Part shown: in pieces, positions 34,701 to 37,175 of the stretch
Layout of the letters: each line of letters begins with the position of its first letter
Position numbering within the stretch: the first letter of the stretch is position 1
NCBI GenBank assembly: GCA_905250055.1
Contig: CAJNOF010000019.1
Coordinates: 905,027 to 942,201 of the forward strand
DNA from: Rotaria sp.
Lineage: Eukaryota
Direction of reading: 5' to 3'
DNA length: 37,175 nucleotides
The notes under the pieces: model-generated
Database searches by the model: none
Seen by the model: only the letters and a program-made list of their open reading frames with translations
Told to the model about the DNA's origin: nothing
Made by a program: the position numbers and the translations under genes

Positions 34701-37175
34701 TTCCATATATTGGCTGGGATGGTGATCAATCACTAAGTGATATAATTAAAGATAAATTAATTAATGGAAAACGTTTATTTGATAGTGCTTCAATATCAAA
34801 TAAAATTGATTTAGTAAATGAATATGAAAATCTTTGTCAAAATATATCATATCGTTTCGGTGGTGAAGCAAAATATGATTTAATGTTAACAATTATTGAC
34901 ACATATCGAACGATACTTAAACAAAAAGAAAAAGCCCGAGAATTAGAAGAAAATATGCAGAAAGGTAAATATTAAATTTTTCTTAAAATTATTAGTTAGT
35001 ATTCAATGCATATTGATAGATTTAATTAATGAAATAAAAAATGCAACAACGAATGAAAGAAAAATATTAGAAAAACGATTAGATGAAATTGATATACGTA
35101 TTAACACTGAAGTATTGTAAGTTGAATATGTAGAGATATTCATGTTTTTACAATTATGTGTTTATTAGAGAAGATATCGAACATCAAAGTACAACTTCTC
35201 AACAAGAGGAAAAGAATAACCAAGATCTACTGACTGTTGCCAATGATATCGGTTACAGTGGCGGAGAAGATGTGCTTTTCAATGACCTATTTGTAAGTTA
35301 ACGTTATATCATGAATGAATAATTGTTTGAATTAATTCTAGAAGAAGAGTGACGCAGACCTTTCATCTAACTTTAATGTAGATGTAGTACAGAACGTTTC
35401 CTCATGTTTGCTGTCGGATTCGATAGGTAAATTTACTTTATTCAAAACATAATTATATATTTTCATGTTTTATATGTTATCTGAGAAGATGAAGAATGTA
35501 GGCTAGAACTTAGTAAAATGAAACAAGTAAAAACTGCAGAGAGTGATGAAACTGATGCAGACATCGGTTTTGATCTTTTCGTTGATTATGCATGTCCAAC
35601 AAAGTTGCATACACAATCAAAGAAACTAGAAATGAATGTTACCTATAAAAAGAAAAAAGCTCTTATACGGCCATCTGACGAAGAACTTGAAAAAACGGAT
35701 TCTTGTGAAGTTGATGCTGGTCCTCCTCATTTTAAACAGACGAAACCTGTGACATATCATGCAGTTAAAACTGAAAAACAAAAAGAAACAATTAAAAAAG
35801 TGAAGGAACGTTTAAAGAAAGAGATGTCATCTTTGGCTTCACCAGAATGCACTCGGAAAAAAGCACAAGTTCAAAATGAAAAGTGTGCTTTTGTTATGGA
35901 TGTTATTGATGATGAAAATTCATTCACAGCAGGTAAAAATTTTCAAAAGGATATTTTTCGTACCGAAATACAAGGGTCTCGATAATTTCTCGACGTGGGG
36001 GGAGCTGAAAATATGGCAAAGAACTTTCTGACTATAGCTTAGTATTTTTGTAGACATAAAGAAGATAGTAGGAGAGGCGAGCGAATCGATCCTAACTCTT
36101 CCCAAATCGAGACCTATGTTCAGATAAAATAATTGTCGATAACATTTGATTCCTATTATTTACAGAAGATGCTTTGAGAATGTCGATTATTTCTTAGAAA
36201 TTGTGATCAATCTATTTTCAGAGACATCTAGCAAGTCATCGGAGAAAACTTCAAAAAAACAAAACACTTCTTCTAATCGTGCACTACAAGAACAGCAACA
36301 AAAACAGATGTCAGATGATTTAACAATACTTTTTTCCGCACCAATACAGAAGCAGCAACAAGCAGTGATGCAACTAGATTCATCAGATTTCACACAGACA
36401 AGTTGCTTATCAAATGTGGGAATGGCCGCATCACAAGTACCTCAAATGAGTCCGTCAAACAAGGCTCCTACTCCAACATCACTATTTTCGTCCCAAGGCA
36501 GTACCATCAGTACAAGGAACGCTTATCCTATATTCGAAGGATTTAATGCTTCAGTAGGCGATCAGGCTTGTACTGATGCTACTACTACCACCGCTGGACT
36601 ATTTGGATCCACACTATTTGGAACTACTGTTAGCGGCAACGTCAGCAGCGAAACTTCGTTTGGGTCTGTAGGATTTGGCTTCCCAGCAATGTCTTCTTCT
36701 GCCAGGTTTCAACCACCAGCTCCTTCTCCTGCATCATATACGTCCCCATTTGGAAATAACGTTAGCTACAATAACGACAGCATCAACGCTCCTGTCGAAT
36801 CCAGAGAATATGGCAGAATAGCAACGTTCTTTGCTGCCCCTCACCGACTACAGCCACCACCTCCTCCAGGTAGTTCAGCTTTGTTTGGAAGCAGTAATAG
36901 CTACACTACCAATACTTCTTTCATGCATCCACAATCTTATATGCTACAATCAATGATGGATCCTTACTTCTCAGATTTTACTCCACCTCCAACAACAACA
37001 GCAGGAGTATCATGTTTTAGCAACACATACTCGGAGTCACAAACATTGTTTTCATTCGATGGTTCTGGCAAAAATACCGTTTCTAATTTTGTACCTCCAA
37101 TGTTTGGTATTCAGTCTATGTCAGACATTCCTCCTGCTTCATCTGTTCCGACAACAACGCTTTCATTCGGTGGTT
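28701..37175 (+). CDS. PARP4: PARP4 (vault poly(ADP-ribose) polymerase)-like gene: BRCT, WGR-like segment, PARP helical domain, PARP catalytic (ART) domain, VIT domain, vWA domain and a long Ser/Thr/Pro/FG-rich tail; runs off the 3' end of the window
   Basis: ATG at 28701. BRCT exons 28701-28829 and 28883-29093. Helical domain 'TRFYSLIPH'. Catalytic exons at about 30340-31040 with H-G-S 'LFHGSKYNNFLGILSRGLLMP', 'GYGLYFSDSVSTSLKY' and 'DNEYAIYNL', so the H-Y-E triad is intact. A 1578 bp intron (31041-32618) is bridged in phase 1 by donor 'A|gtaatc' and acceptor 'tgtttcag|TG'. VIT exon 32619-32758 and 32819-33717: 'SVPIEAKYVFPLDENSSVCGFEAHINNKIIKGVVKEKEQAKREYREAIEKGHGAYLMHQEQPEVFSVSVGNLPANCEVIIKITYVAELS' closely matches the recalled human PARP4 VIT. 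vWA begins 'VFIIDVSNSMDG'. 'GLLHNDECENELIKKQ...FTSFVAIEERD' matches the recalled PARP4 region 'GILHENETSHEMKKQ...FTSFVAVEKRD'. Tail exons 35018-37175. Confidence 0.8.

Overview
This window is eukaryotic nuclear DNA, about 70% AT, with many short (about 50-100 bp) GT-AG introns flanked by 'gtaag...ttttag'-type signals. It looks like a compact invertebrate metazoan genome, possibly flatworm-like, but I cannot assign an organism. I found no CRISPR array, no tRNA or rRNA, and no prokaryotic operon structure. I can support six multi-exon protein-coding genes by reconstructing exon-intron structure and matching domain-level signatures from memory. (1) Minus strand 443..4680: a TBC1D20-like Rab-GAP with a C-terminal transmembrane anchor. 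(2) Plus strand 4991..13378: an SNX13-like sorting nexin with two N-terminal TM helices, PXA, RGS, PX and Nexin_C domains, sharing a roughly 310 bp head-to-head promoter with gene 1. (3) Plus strand 18974..19631: a small four-exon protein of unknown family. (4) Plus strand 24203..25924: a Cys/His-rich protein with a poly-Q/A/H low-complexity core. (5) Plus strand 26536..~28330: a UBAC1/KPC2-like protein (UBL, two UBA domains, STI1-like repeat). (6) Plus strand 28701..>37175: a PARP4 (vault PARP)-like gene with BRCT, a WGR-like segment, PARP helical and catalytic domains, VIT, vWA and a Ser/Thr/Pro/FG-rich tail, running off the window end. The non-genic features of most interest are these: a 188 bp hAT-type MITE with perfect 15 bp TIRs and an 8 bp target-site duplication inside an SNX13 intron, carrying a G16 run; a roughly 1 kb palindromic structure with about 420 bp near-identical inverted arms, each holding a copy of a small Gly-rich terminal ORF; an in-frame stop immediately after the PARP4 catalytic-domain splice donor, so intron retention would give a catalytic-only isoform; and a sharp rise in GC content and C-ending codon use over the last 2 kb of PARP4. 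All coordinates and calls come from reading the sequence by eye. No database search was run, and the homology statements rest on recalled family signatures.
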